The position numbers and the translations under genes are program-made. DNA of 64,000 nucleotides. Source: Eledone cirrhosa (Eukaryota). Numbering within the stretch: position 1 is the stretch's first letter; every line of letters starts with the position of its first letter. This document shows, piece by piece, positions 14,200-35,581 of the stretch. The notes beneath the pieces are model-generated. The model had not been told where the DNA came from, did not search any database, and worked only from the letters and a program-made list of their open reading frames with translations. The stretch is taken from positions 134,788,001-134,852,000 of the forward strand of contig OZ024741.1 of assembly GCA_964016885.1 (NCBI GenBank), read 5' to 3'.

Positions 14200-15489
14200 C
14201 TGACGTACCTAGCTTCGCTTGGATAAACAGACGATAAGCCGTCTGTTGAAAATATATAGTATAGTATTACTGTTGGATATATATAGTATATTATTACTGT
14301 TGAAAATATATAGTACAGTATTACTGTTGAAAATATATAGTACAGTACAGTATTACTGTTGAAAATATATAGTATAGTATAACTGTTGAAAATATATAGT
14401 ATAGTACAGTATTACTGTTGAAAATATATAGTATAGTATTACTGTTGAAAATATATAGCACAGTATTGCTGTTGAAAATATATAGTATAGTATTACTGCT
14501 AGGTATACCGGCATTTTATCTTTTCAGGAATCCCCACTCCACTCCAGTGCAAAGATACCGCACGCCCTCTCAAGTCAGCAAGGGTGGTCGTGGGGTGGGG
14601 GTTAACGTGCTCTGATGTTGGGTTTGAATAGTTAAAAATCGTACTCACTTTTGCAAGGGCCTGTATGGCACACTGATGATGTAATGCAATGTGGATGCAA
14701 TCAGCTTGTGAACTCACCTGCTCCAATCTGAATTTTTCTGTTTGTGTTGCTCTCCTGCCTTCTGCGCGGGACCTCAGCTGCTGCAGGCCATACCGGCGCT
14801 GCTCTTGAGACTGGGCTGATCGAATGGCTCTCGCTTGAGTCTTCATCTGCTGAAGGCGAGGTTCACGATCATCTTCAGACTCTCTTGCTCTAGTAACATT
14901 TTTCTTATGGAAAATCTGATCTTGCGGCCAGTCTGGGACTTTTTTGGTGGCATATCGGCAGTAACAATGACGATAAGCCGTCTGTGCTTTCGTGAAATAA
15001 ATAGGTTTGTTTATACTTTGTTTTTGTGTATGCAAAAATATCTGTACACGAATATATATATTAAAATAACAGATTAAAGTTTAAGCAAAGAATCGCTGCT
15101 TTCACCCTTAACGGGATCTTCTGAAACTAAAAAAATCAATCTGTGAACGCAGAAGTCAATATTTCTAAAAACGTTATCTAATGCAGACAGCCAGATATAC
15201 AGAGACATATTATAAGGGCGCGACGTTATAGCTTTGTATCTATCTAAAAAGACAGACTAAGAAAGAGTGAGGAATGTCGTATAACCGGAAGTGTTGACAT
15301 TTGAAATTTTAAAGAAGTGAATATTTAAATAATGTCTTTAATCTTTTAACAACATTCAATAGACAAAAATACTCTCACTTTTTTACTTGGAAAAAGTTAC
15401 ATCTATGGTGCAAATTTGGTGCTGTTTGGTCCAGCCGTTTGGCGAAAGGTTTGTTACATACATACGGCCGTCAGCTTTATATTATAGAT
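14092..15489 (-). mobile_element. Helitron-like element fragment
   Basis: The minus strand begins TCtataatataaagctgacgg (~15488) and ends with hairpin ccaagc-gaa-gctagg then cagcta (~14197). A second CTAG end lies at 14092. The internal R/E/Q-rich ORF fragment (14499-15035) resembles the N-termini of Helitron Rep-Hel proteins. Confidence 0.6.
14243..14500. repeat. 24-29-bp minisatellite (tactgttgaaaatatatagtatagtat)
   Basis: Head-to-tail imperfect units; also present at 15490-15600. Confidence 0.9.
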
Positions 15490-15757
15490 AGTACAGTATT
15501 ACTGTTGAAAATATATAGTATAGTATTAATGTTGAAAATATATAGTACAGTATTTCTGTTGAAAATATATAGTACAGTATTTCTGTTGAAAATATGTACA
15601 CGAATATATATATAAGTAATTAAAAGTTGGTTAGAAGCGAAGTCAATGCAGACAGGAAGACATACAGACAGATATAATAAGCGCGTGACGTTATAGCTAT
15701 TTATCTATCTAAAAAGACAGAGTAAGAAAGAGAGAGGAATGTCGTATTATATATATT

Positions 15758-15811
15758 ACTAGCTGGACCATCCGGTTGGAGCCCGGCTACCATTGACGTG
15801 TTCTACGGCAT

Positions 15812-15877
<66 letters not shown>

Positions 15878-16600
15878 CTGACGTACCTAGCTTCGCTTCG
15901 ATAAACAGACGATAAGCCGTCTGTGTAGTATAGTATTACTGTTGAAAATATATAGGATAGTATTGTATTGCTGTTGAAAATATATAGTACAGTATTACTG
16001 TTGAAAACATATAGTATAGTACAGTATTACTGTTGAAAATATATAGTGTAGTATAGTATTACTGTTGAAAATATATAGTATAGTACAGCATTGCCGTTGA
16101 AAATATACAGTATAGTACAGTATTACTGTTGAAAATATATAGTATAGTATTACTGTTGAAAATATTTAGTATAGTATAGTATTAATGTTGAAAATATATA
16201 GTACAGTATTACTGTTGAAAATATATAGTACAGTACATTATTACTGTTGAAAATATATAGTGTAGTACAGTATTACTGTTGAAAATATATATAGTATAGT
16301 ATAGTATTACTGTTGAAAGTATAGTATTACTGTTGAAAATATGTAGTATAGTATAGTATTACTGTTGAAAATATATAGTATAGTATTACTGTTGAAAATA
16401 TATAGTACAGTATTACTGTTGAAAATATGTCCACGAATATATAATTATATATATATAATTAATTAAAAATTGGTTAGAAGCGAAGTCAATGCAGACAGGC
16501 AGCCAGACAGAGAGATATTATAAGGGCTCGACGTTATAGCTATGTATCTATCTAAAAAGACAGAGTAAGAAAGTGAGGAATGGCGTATTATATATATTAT
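15758..16600 (-). mobile_element. Second, internally deleted copy of the Helitron-like unit, including the minisatellite at 15925-16430
   Basis: actagctg...ctaccattg...(TA)n-gctgacgtacctagcttcgctt duplicates 14091-14245. The 3' part duplicates 15600-15750. Confidence 0.6.
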
Positions 16601-17235
16601 AGATTTATATATGTATGTTATGTCGAGTGTGTGCTACTGGTATCATGTAACCCAGTACAACCTGTCGCATGGTCGGGTCGTCGGCGACTAAACCGGCAAC
16701 CCCACCAAGTTTACTTGGTGAGGAGGGTGATTTTGGACACCCTGCAGGACAAAAAACAAAACCTGACAAAGGGAGGAAGAATTTATAAGGGTCAACGGCC
16801 ATCCAAAAGTGTGTAAATATGTATATATACATGTACATATATATGTATATGTGTATATACATGGGTGCATGTGTATGTATATACGCGGGGACATAGAAAT
16901 AATCGGGCTGGACACCCGATCGCGCGGTTAAACCACTGGGAGTGAAGGACCCCTAGCCTTTGTCAGTGCATTCTTCTAGGAGAAGGCAACTCAGGAAACT
17001 GGGATAACTCCGATATAAAACCTGCGGCTCAGTAGTTACCGATGATGTTGATCTTTTCTTCTTTTCGGGTTATAGCTACTGTCGCTCAGAGAGTGGGATT
17101 GGCTCGGTGCACAGTCTTTACTCACTTAAAAAAAATATCTTCACGCACAGGCATTGCACGATAGAATTAATAAATAATTATTAATAATGGTATATCGTGC
17201 AATGGTCATACTCGATAACGAGGGGGAAGCTATCA

Positions 17236-17310
17236 TGTATGTATGTATGTATGTATGTATGTATGTATGTATGTATGTATGTATGTATGTATGTATGTAT
17301 GTATGTATGT
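17236..17310. repeat. (TATG)n microsatellite
   Basis: Direct observation. Confidence 0.95.
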
Positions 17311-19565
17311 ACGTATGCATGCGTGTGTATGTTCGTATGTATAAGTATATACCAACACCTTTCATCACCATTGCTTCTTTTACTTGTCATTTCTGTTGAA
17401 GTTGTTCTTGTAATAGTTGACGTTGCCCTTATTTTCATTTTCTTTGATTTCTTTCGTTTTTCTTTTATTTCCCTAGGGAATTCGTTGACAAGCTTCATTT
17501 ATTTATTTTCTTTGTTTTCTTCACTCAAATACACTCACACTTCATTCAAATACACTCACACGTCTGAGACGTACAAATATGGCTTATAAAATTTACCAGA
17601 GTAAAGAACCTTCCAGCGTGCCCCTTGCGCCTCCCAAAGCTTCAAACGCCCCATAACGCCACCTTGCTCCAAAACGACCCTCCGGAGCTCCGAAACGGCC
17701 TCCGGGGGAGGGGGAGAGAGAGAGTGTGTATGACCCCCCCCCCCGTTGAGAACCTTTAGTGTAGACTAATAAGAGAAAAGTAGGAAGTAATATGTTAAAT
17801 GTTAATATTTCGATTAATTTAATCTTCTTCAAAGATTACCTAATTCGATAATCTTTAATATTTAATGCTTTTTTTTTTTTTATCAATATGCTTTTCTATT
17901 AAATATTTTTTTTTGTCTAAGTTAATATTTTTATCTGTAAAAAATATTGTCGATAGTGACTGAAGCTGATTCAGATGAAGCAGACGCACTGAGTTAATCG
18001 GTGCCACTGCTGTTTCTAAAATATGAGGCAAAATCTACTATTTTATTTTTTATAAAAAAAAAAAATCAATATTTGAAATTAGTTATAACCAACCAGTGCT
18101 GTTTTTGTAAGTAAATTCAGCTACATAATCGTATATTTAAACAGTAGCCTCCAAGTACCTGCTGTGTAAATTTCAAACCTCACCGCTGTATATTGACAAC
18201 ATATATCTTTCAAAGTCATTTCTTGTGATATTCAACCCTCAGCTTCGTCTTAGAAATAGTTTATATTATATATAACATACGTTGTTGAATTTTAAAATAT
18301 TCCTGGATGTAAAAAAAAAAAGATAAAAATAGTTGCTCTTCGAATTATAGACATCTATTATTTATTTGAATTATTTATCACAATGGTGAAAGATACATTT
18401 ACCACCAACACCAGTCAGTTGTTATCTATCAATTATTATTATTAATCCCGCCGAGGTAAACTTTGCCTTTCACCCTTACAGGGTCGCTAAAATAATACAC
18501 TGGGATAATTGCTAGCCTTGTGCCGAAAGTAGAAACAATTATTATGAATGCGTCATCGTCAAATTTTGCTGATTTCTAAATATAGTTTCTAGTTCTGAAG
18601 TTTTTGATGTCAGCTCAACTTGCTTTTTGCTGACTTAGTTACACTAGTCATATATGTGATTACTCATAATTTCACGGTCAAATAATTAGCTAACTAAGAT
18701 TGATTCTAAATGTAATCTACTAGATTATCGACTAATTAAAAATTCATAACGTTGACTAAATTTCAACCATTAATGTATATTAAAACATTTTACTAACTTA
18801 GACAAATGTTGAACCTGCCAGTAATTTTTTATGGTGGGGGTGAATTTATATTTTTTTAATTCTCCAACTTAACTTCATTACTTAAGACATTGTCTTGTTT
18901 GAATTACTTTTAGCGGTCTTATTTCAGAATATTGAAGTACGACACTTCTTTCTACGTTTTTATTTCTAAACCCACCTCCCGTAAAAATACTAATTATTTA
19001 TCCCCATAGTCCTATGTAACCAACACTACAGGGAAGCTGAGATCTTAAGGAACCGGGTTCCATTCCTTTCGTTTTATTTATTCCTGCTGCTAATTAATAT
19101 ATTTGTGAACAGCATGTTTCGGTGCTTGCCCTTCCCCAGACAGCGAAGAAGAGACCCGAAATTGATAATGGCTCCTTTTCATACCAACTTGTCCAAAACC
19201 GGTTCTGGTTCTATGAAACAAAATCGCTCATTTTAAAGAATTTATATTTAAATTAAAATCTTTCAACATAATTTTTATAAGAACCATGTTAAGTTACTGT
19301 CTTAGTAAGGGACTGTGCCTGTAATTTAAAGGGGTTTCCTTGTCACAAACTGACATGCTGAATCTCCATGTGAGAATTACGTTATGGGTACATGTCTGGA
19401 ATGTTCAGTCACTTACACGTTAATTTCACGATCAGGTTGTTCTGTTTATTAAACAACTGGAACATTCATTGTCAAAACTAACGTAGGTTTATCCCATTAC
19501 TGCTACCCACCTCTACGTATTGTAAAATTCTTGATTATCTATGTGTGGAGAGACTTCTACTTTGA

Positions 19566-21088
<1,523 letters not shown>

Positions 21089-22629
21089 ATTTCCTAAATT
21101 AATTAAAATGTAACAAGGTTTTGAAATAAATTTTGAAGTTAATCTATATTTTGTACTATTTTTTCTTTGTTAATTTTCCAAGTACATGTAATGGTCTGAT
21201 GGTTACTTTGCTGAGGTGGTTTTAGGTAGGGGTGCTAGTATGTGTGCTGGGGTCACTTGCCTATTTAAGTTATGTACTTTTCTACGTTCCCTCATCTGAC
21301 CTGCCACCACTACAATAATCTGTACGAATGTCCTCTTTCTCTTTCCCTCTTACTTTGTTTTCTTAACTCGTTTCTTGAAACCATATTGTATTTGTCTTCA
21401 ATGGCTTAATCAGAAAAGGTGTCCGTGCCACTTTTCAAGTTCCTAAGATACGTGTGTGGGTAGCGGGGTTTCTTTCTTTAGACCATAGAACGGGCCTAAG
21501 TGCTTTCAACAAGGTGAACAACTTCAACAGCAGTCCAAATCCAGATGCTGGTGTTAAGCTGACCAGCAGATATACACCCACTTACCCAAGAAAAAGAATG
21601 GCCCTAGCAGCAGGACTCTGCACAGTCGCCGTCTACCAAATGTTATTTACTGAAGATATAGTGTAAATCACCTAAGGTACTATGCAATGTAATCAACCAG
21701 AAATTACATAGCCACAAAATGCTCTTAACTACACACCCTTATTTGCACCAACTAACTTCCAATATCTTAAATGAATAAAATATTGGTTTTAATTAAGATA
21801 TATGGCTAGCAAAGTAGGTTAAATAAATCATAGTACTTGACTAACGAAGTGTCGTACTTCAATATTCTGAAATAAGGTTATGAGTTTCATTCCCGGACCC
21901 GATGGCACACTGTATCCTTGAGCAAGACACTTTATTTCACATTACTCCAGTCTATTCAGCTGCTAAAAATGAGTTGTACCTGTAACTCATGGGTCAGTCT
22001 TGTCACTCAGTGTCACACAATCTCCCTGAGAACTATGTTAAGGGAACATGTGTCTGTCAAATGCTAAGCCACTTAGACTCAAGTCGAACCACTCTCAGTA
22101 GAGTTTGGAGTCAGAATCATTGATGTAGCTGGCTAGGAATTGTGATATAAACATAGGTGGCTGAGCATTCCACAGGCATGCGTGCCTTTAACATACTTCT
22201 CTGGGAGATTCAGCATAACATACAGTGTGTGTCAAGACTGGCCCTTTGAATTACAGCAACAGTTCATCAGATGGGTTTCCAAACAGTTTCTATCTACCGA
22301 ATTTCATTCACAAAACATGGATCAACCTGAGGCTATGGTAAATGACACTTGTCTAAAATGTCAGGCAGTGGAGTTGAACTCTGAACCTAATGATTATAAG
22401 TGAACTTCTTAACCATGTGTCATTGTTGTAGCGTCTATTATTAGGAATTATAAACAGTGTGAAAAGAGCTCTCAACCAGATGTCTAGTCAGGTTATGGCA
22501 CATAGCTACTAAAATCACGACCGACCGATCGGTCGTGTAGACTAATAAGAGAAAGGTAGGAAGTGAGGAGGAGAAGGAGGGGCATAGAAAATAGAGTGAG
22601 ATTTAAAGAGAAAAGAAGGAGGATACCGC

Positions 22630-22802
22630 TATAAACGACTTTGCAATGCTTGTGGCTCTTTGTTCAATCGCTCTGTGATCTCACGTAGGATTCATCACAG
22701 TTCAGCGAGTCTGGCTCAAGTTTGCTCCCGTATTTCCTTAAACCACAGAAGAAATTCACTTCTTTCTTTTGAACACTAAAAAATACTTTCAAATCTTTAA
22801 TA
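22630..22802 (+). promoter_or_regulatory. Putative TATA box and 5' UTR of copy 5
   Basis: TATAAA at 22630 after a GA-rich tract. The same layout occurs at 37055 and 49901, each upstream of the ATG|GTAAG exon. Confidence 0.5.
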
Positions 22803-27124
<4,322 letters not shown>

Positions 27125-27957
27125 ATTTCCTGAATTAATTAAAATGTAACAAGGTTTTGAAATAAATTTTGAAGTTAATCTATATTTACTTTATTTTTTA
27201 TTTTTGAATACATATAATGGTCTGATGGTTACTTTTGTGTGGTGTGGTGGTTCTAGGTAGGGTTGCTCTGGAGATTGTGTGCTGGGGTCCCTTGCCTATT
27301 TTATTGATGTACTTTTCTACATTCCCTCATCTAGTCCTTAAGATAGGTGTGCGTGTAGGGGATGGGGTTCTTTCCTTAGACCATAGATCGGGTCTAATTG
27401 CTTTCATCAAAGTGAACTACTTTAACAGCAATCCAGATGTTGGTGTTAAGCTGTCCAACAGATATACTCACCTACCCACTACAATGATCTGTTCTGAACA
27501 AGACCCACATATATGAATGTCCGTTTTCTCTCTCGCTCCCTTTTTCCTTTTTTTCTTCTTGCATTTTTTTCAATGGCTTACTGAGAAAAAGGCAATATCC
27601 TTGGTGTGCGTGTAGGGGTGGTGCCTTCCTCAGACCATAGAATAGGCCTAAGTGCTTTCAACAAAGTGAACATTAACAGTAGTTAAGATGTTGGTGTTAA
27701 GCTGAAATAGCATAACTGTAAAGTGAAGCTCTTAACTAAACACCCATGTTTTCACCAACTAGCTTTTAATGTTTTCTTTTTTCTATTTATTTATTTTTTT
27801 AAATGAATGAAATATAGTTTTGAAATATGGCACGTGGCTAACAAAGATGATTAAATAATTCCTTATACTTGACTAACGTGTCCTCGTCATTAGGGTGCTG
27901 GAATTAAGATCATAATTTTGTGGGTTCGATTCTGGTGTTTTTGTGGAAAACATTTCA

Positions 27958-28083
27958 TTTTACTGGCCTTGTTAGGGTGATAGATTCGATATAGATTCGT
28001 TTTACTAGCCTTGTTAGGGTGATAGATTCGATGTAGATTCGTTTTACTGGCCTTGTTAGGGTGATAGATTCGATGTAGATTCG
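27958..28083. repeat. 42-bp tandem repeat, three copies
   Basis: ttttactggccttgttagggtgatagattcgatRtagattcg three times. Single copy in the paralogous flank at ~4701. Confidence 0.9.
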
Positions 28084-28685
28084 ATTCCTGAACTAGGTAG
28101 CGTGTTCTTGAGTAAAACACTTCATGTTACGTTATTCCAGTATATTCTCAGCTGAAAATGAGTGCCAGCTGTAGCTGAGTGTTTAACCTTGCGATCGACT
28201 GGTGTCCTGTCCAGAGGAAAGTTTTATATTGTCACTTAACGTCAAGGAAATATAAAATTGTAAGTGAAAGGTTTTAATTAGTATTTTCTTGCTGACTTTA
28301 CCTAGAAGCGACTGGAATAAAAGCGGTATTGGTAAATTAATATTTAAGCCAATAATTAATTGGTGTGGTCGAAATATAGTTATAGCTCATTACGTTCTGA
28401 GCTCAAATCCCGCCAAAGTTAGCTTTGCCTTCCATCCTCACGAGGTCGATAAAATAAAGTACCAGTAACGCAGTGGGGTTGATTTAATCGCTTTTCCCCT
28501 ACCCAAAATTGTTAGTCTTGTGGCAAGAATAAAAACTATTATTAATGAGTGGAATAAAAGTCAATAGGCTACATTTTATAAATTATATTATAAAGTAGTT
28601 TCCTCCCTTAGTAAGACTTTTGATTGAAATAAACACGACAGAACAAGGGGAGCAACGTAGCTGTTCCCTAGTGTACTAAATATAA

Positions 28686-30590
28686 CACTGGTCTACAGGC
28701 TTTTTGTGTTTAGGAAATAGACATCATTCCTATATAAAATCGGTCTCTTGATTCCAAATATAACCTTCTTTTTGACCTATAGTTTTTAAGTTATTTAACA
28801 TCCCTATAGTCACTGTATGTTTGTACTCCAGTACGCAGTGTTCGTTACCTTATTCTAATTCTAAGTTTTTTTTCTTTTTCCAAACTTTTTAGATGTTATG
28901 GTGAACTAAGCAATAGAAAATGAGCAAGATGTCATTTTCAAGAAAGTGTTGCGTTAATTCTCCAAATGTGTTTTGTTATGTTTGTGCAGAATACACATTA
29001 CCTGAAAATCGAAAAAACATCACTGATTTTGTTGAAAGAGCGTATATGGCATATTTTGGGGTCAAGCTGGGAGACCAAGATAAATATTGGGCACCGCATA
29101 GTGTCTGCAAACTATGTACAAAACATTTGTGACAATGGACTAAAGGGACAAGGAAAAGTATGAGGTTTTCTATATCAATGGTATGGCGGGAGCCCTATAA
29201 TCACGTGGACGACTGCTATTTTTGTAATCTAAATTTGAAGGGTATTAACCGGAAAAATCGACAAACGCTTGTCTATCCTAATCTTGCCTCTGCTATTAGA
29301 CCGGTTCCACACAGTGAAGAGCTTCCTGTTCCTGTCTTCAATGTCTTGCCTCAGATAACTTTACCATCAACCAAAGAAGATTCATCACCTGAAGATGACA
29401 CTTGAGATCAAGACTTTTCAGTTGAGACTTTACCTCAGCTATTCTCTTAGGTAGAGCTGAATGATCTAGTTCGTGACTTGAACCTCCCCAAAAATTCTGC
29501 TGAACTGTTGGCTTCCCGGCTGAAAGAGAAGAATCTTCTAGAGAATGGTGTCCGTATAACCTTTTATCTGAGTCGGCATGAAGAGTTCTTCTTTCTTCAC
29601 AAAAGAGGAAGAACTGAGATGTCAGTGGGCTTCTTAATAAACTTGGCATTGAGGAATACAAACCAGAGGAATGGCGTCTTTTCATAGATAGCTCTAAGCG
29701 TAGTTTAAAATGTGTATTGTTGCACAACGAAAATGTGTATGGCTCTGTCCCACTCAACAACTCTGAAGGAAAAGTATGAAGAAATTAAGTTGGTTTTAGA
29801 GAAGATACTGTATCATGATCATAAAGCGTTGACTTAAAGATGGTGAATTTTCTCATGGGACAGCAATCTGGATATACCAAATATCTGTGCTTTCTTTGCA
29901 TGTGGGACAGTAGAGACCGAGTAAACCACTGTTAAGAAAGACTGGCCACCTCGAACAAATATGGCTCCATGTAGAGCTGCCAAAGAACCTTTGGAAGAAC
30001 CTTTAGTTGAGCGAGATAAGATCATTTTCCCCCTTTGCACATCAAACTCTGATTGATCAAACAATTCGTCAAAGCTCTTGACAAAAATGGGGAGTGCTTC
30101 AAGTATATCTGCAGTGTATTTTCAGACTTGACGATTGAAAAACTTAAAGCGGGGATTTTTGATAGACCACAGATCCGTAAGCTCTTGAAGGATACAAATT
30201 TCATGAAAACCATGAGCGAAAATGAAGCATCAGCTTGGCTAGACTTTGCAGAAGTAGTGCAAAATTTCCTTGGAAAACACAAAAGTGAAAACTATAAAGA
30301 CCTTGTTACCAACTTGATATCAACCTTTCGTTATATTGGCGCGAATATGAGCATCAACATGCATTATCGTTTTAGTCATCTTGATCCTTTTCCTGAAAAT
30401 CTCGGAGATGTTAGCGATGAACAAGGCGAACGATTCCATCAGGACATCAAGGAGATGGAAACTCGGTACCAAGGACGTTGGGACGATGTGATGATGGCAG
30501 ACTATTGCTGGTGTTTAAAACGAGATACTCCTGCTGCTCAACATTCACGGTGCACAAAGAAGCGTAAATTTAATCAATTTTGAATTTTTA
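28686..30590 (+). mobile_element. Degenerate DNA transposon, CMC/Chapaev3-like, with disrupted transposase (28920-30583)
   Basis: Starts TAA|CACTGG. Motifs CVNSPNVFCYVC, GDQDKYWAPH, MVWREP..H.DDCYFC, AELLASRLKE, WRLFIDSSKRSLK, KQFVKAL, SDEQGERFHQD, MMADYCW. Contains stops and frameshifts. No right TIR seen. Family name is from recall. Confidence 0.8.
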
Positions 30591-31028
30591 TTTGGGACCG
30601 TTCTATGGACTAAGGAAAGAAACTCCCGACTTTAACACCCGTCTTGAAAAGGGGCACGGACATTGCTTTTTTCTGATGAAGCCACTGAGGACAACTGCAA
30701 TATGGTTCCAAGTGATGAGTTAAAAAAAAAGAGTTAAAAAAAAGAGTGAAAGAGAAAGTGGACATTCGTATATGTGAGCCTTGATCAGAATAGATCATTG
30801 TAGTGGTGGCAGGAAAGATGAGGGAACGTACAAAAGTACATCAATAAAATAAGCAACTGACCCCCAGCACACATTCTCCTTAGCACCCCTACCTAAAACC
30901 ACCACACCGCCAAATTAACCATCAGACCATAACATGTATTGGGAAAAATAAAGAATAAAAAAGAACAAAACAAATTAACTTCAAATTTTATTTCAAGACA
31001 TTGTTACATTTTAATTCATTCAGGAAAT

Positions 31029-32836
<1,808 letters not shown>

Positions 32837-34313
32837 CTACCCCCAAACATCCGAGTTCTTTCCAGTAGATCTGAGGGGCCCGATTTCAATAACAAGAAAT
32901 ATTCTGGGAAAACATTTCTCTGAATCTATCCAAGCCTCAATCTGTGTAATGGAGGTGACTAAGTGGTATATGTTGACTCGAAGTAAGAAGTCTCTCCACA
33001 CATAGATAATGAGGAGGTCTACAATACGTAGAGGTAGGTAGCAGTAATGGAATGAACTTACGTTACCTTGTTCCAGTTGTTTAATAAACAGAACAGCCTG
33101 ATCATGAAACTAACGTATATGTAGCTGAACATTCCAGACTGTACCCATAACGTAATTATCAGGGAGATTCAGCATGTCAGATTGTGACAGGGAAACCTCT
33201 TTAAATTACAGGCACAGTTCATTACTAAGACAGTAACTCAACATGGTTCTTATAAAAATTATGTTGAAAGATTTTAATCTAAATAGAAATCCTTTAAAAT
33301 GAGCGATTTTGTTTCATAGAACCAGAACCGGTTTTGGACAAGTTGGTATGAAAAGAAGCCATTATCAATTTCCTTTCTCTTCCTCGCTGTCAGAGGAAGA
33401 GCAAGCACCGAAACCTGCTGTTTACAAATATATTAATTAACAGCAGGAATAAATAAAACGAAAGGAATGGAATCCAGTCCCTGAAGATCTCAGCTTTCCT
33501 GTAGTGTTGGTTACATAGGACTATAGGGATGAATAATTAGTTGCTCTTCGAATTATACGTAAGTCAATATTAGGATTTTAAAAATCATCTTTGCTAGCCA
33601 TGTGTTTCAAAACAATATTTCAATCATTTAAAAGAAGATATTTGTGTGTGGTTAAGAGCTCACTTTACAGCTAGGTTATTTCAGCTTAACACCAACATCT
33701 GGAGAGAAGGCCGTTAACGTTCACTTTGTTGAAAGCACTTAAGCCCGTTCTAGAGAGAGAGAGAACGTTCTATGGTCTAAGGAAAGAGCCACCACTACAC
33801 GCACACATTTCTTGGTGACTTGAAAAGGGGCAGACCATTGAGAACAAATGCAATATGGTTCCAAGAAATGAGTAAAAGAAGAAAAAAAGGAAAGGTTGGG
33901 GGGGGGGGGGGGCGAGAGAGAACGAGAACATTCCTATATGTGGACCTTGTTCAGAACAAATCATTGTAGTGGGAAGGTGAGTATATTTGTTGGACAGCTT
34001 AACACCAAAATTTGGACTGCTCTTAAATTAGTTCACTTTGGTGAAAGCAATTATACCAGATCTATGGTCGAAGGAAAGAACCCAAGCCTCTACACGCACA
34101 CCTGTCTTAAGGACTAAATGAGGGAACGTAGAAAATTACATAAATTAAATAGGCAAGTGACCCCAGTACACATTATTCTCCATAGCAACCCTACACCACC
34201 AAAGTAATCGTCAGATCATTACATTATTGGGAAATAAAAAAAACCCGACTAAATATAGATTAATTTCAAATTTTATTTCAAAACCTTGTTACATTTTAAT
34301 TAATTCAGGAAAT

Positions 34314-34993
<680 letters not shown>

Positions 34994-35543
34994 TTATAAG
35001 CACAATCCATTACTAAGACAGTAACTTAACATGGTTCTTATAAAAATTATGTTGAAAGATTTTAATTTAAACCAGACTACCCGTGACCCAACGGGTCGCG
35101 TTCACTTCAAAATATTAAAAAAAAAATTATGTTCACTTAAAAATAATTTTTAAATAATTAAAATATTTGCAGACATGTATATAATGTGAAATGAAACTGG
35201 AAGGCCCATATATATGTATATACATGTGTGTAAGTGTGTGTGTGTGTGTGTGTGTGTGATCTATATACACTGGTCAAGACACACACACACTGACATATAG
35301 ATATATATAAATATACACAGGTGTGTATGATTGTGTATAGAAGATTATGTTAATAAAAGGAATTCCAACTTTGTCTGATTTACTCGTTTTATTTACAATC
35401 CTTTAAAATTTATAATGATATTATAATGAAATAGTATGTTAGAATATTAAATGTTAAGTGTTAATTGAACAAGTACTTTCATGCTTTCGCAATCTTCAGG
35501 TTCATATTCTGTGGTGACAGTCAAGTTTGCAACTTTCAACTGT

Positions 35544-35581
<38 letters not shown>

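Larger units (their letters stand above)
11399..17758. mobile_element. hAT (Charlie-like) non-autonomous element containing nested insertions
   Basis: TIRs cacaggttctcaac (11399) / gttgagaaccttta (ends 17758). 8-bp TSD GTGTAGAC at 11391-11398 and 17759-17766. Empty sites ggtcgtgtagactaataa at ~22531 and ~36952. Confidence 0.85.

Noticed and set aside
14243-16430. Regularly spaced ~25-bp repeats resembling a CRISPR array
   Set aside because: Units are head-to-tail with no unique spacers, there are no cas genes, and the context is eukaryotic. It is a minisatellite.
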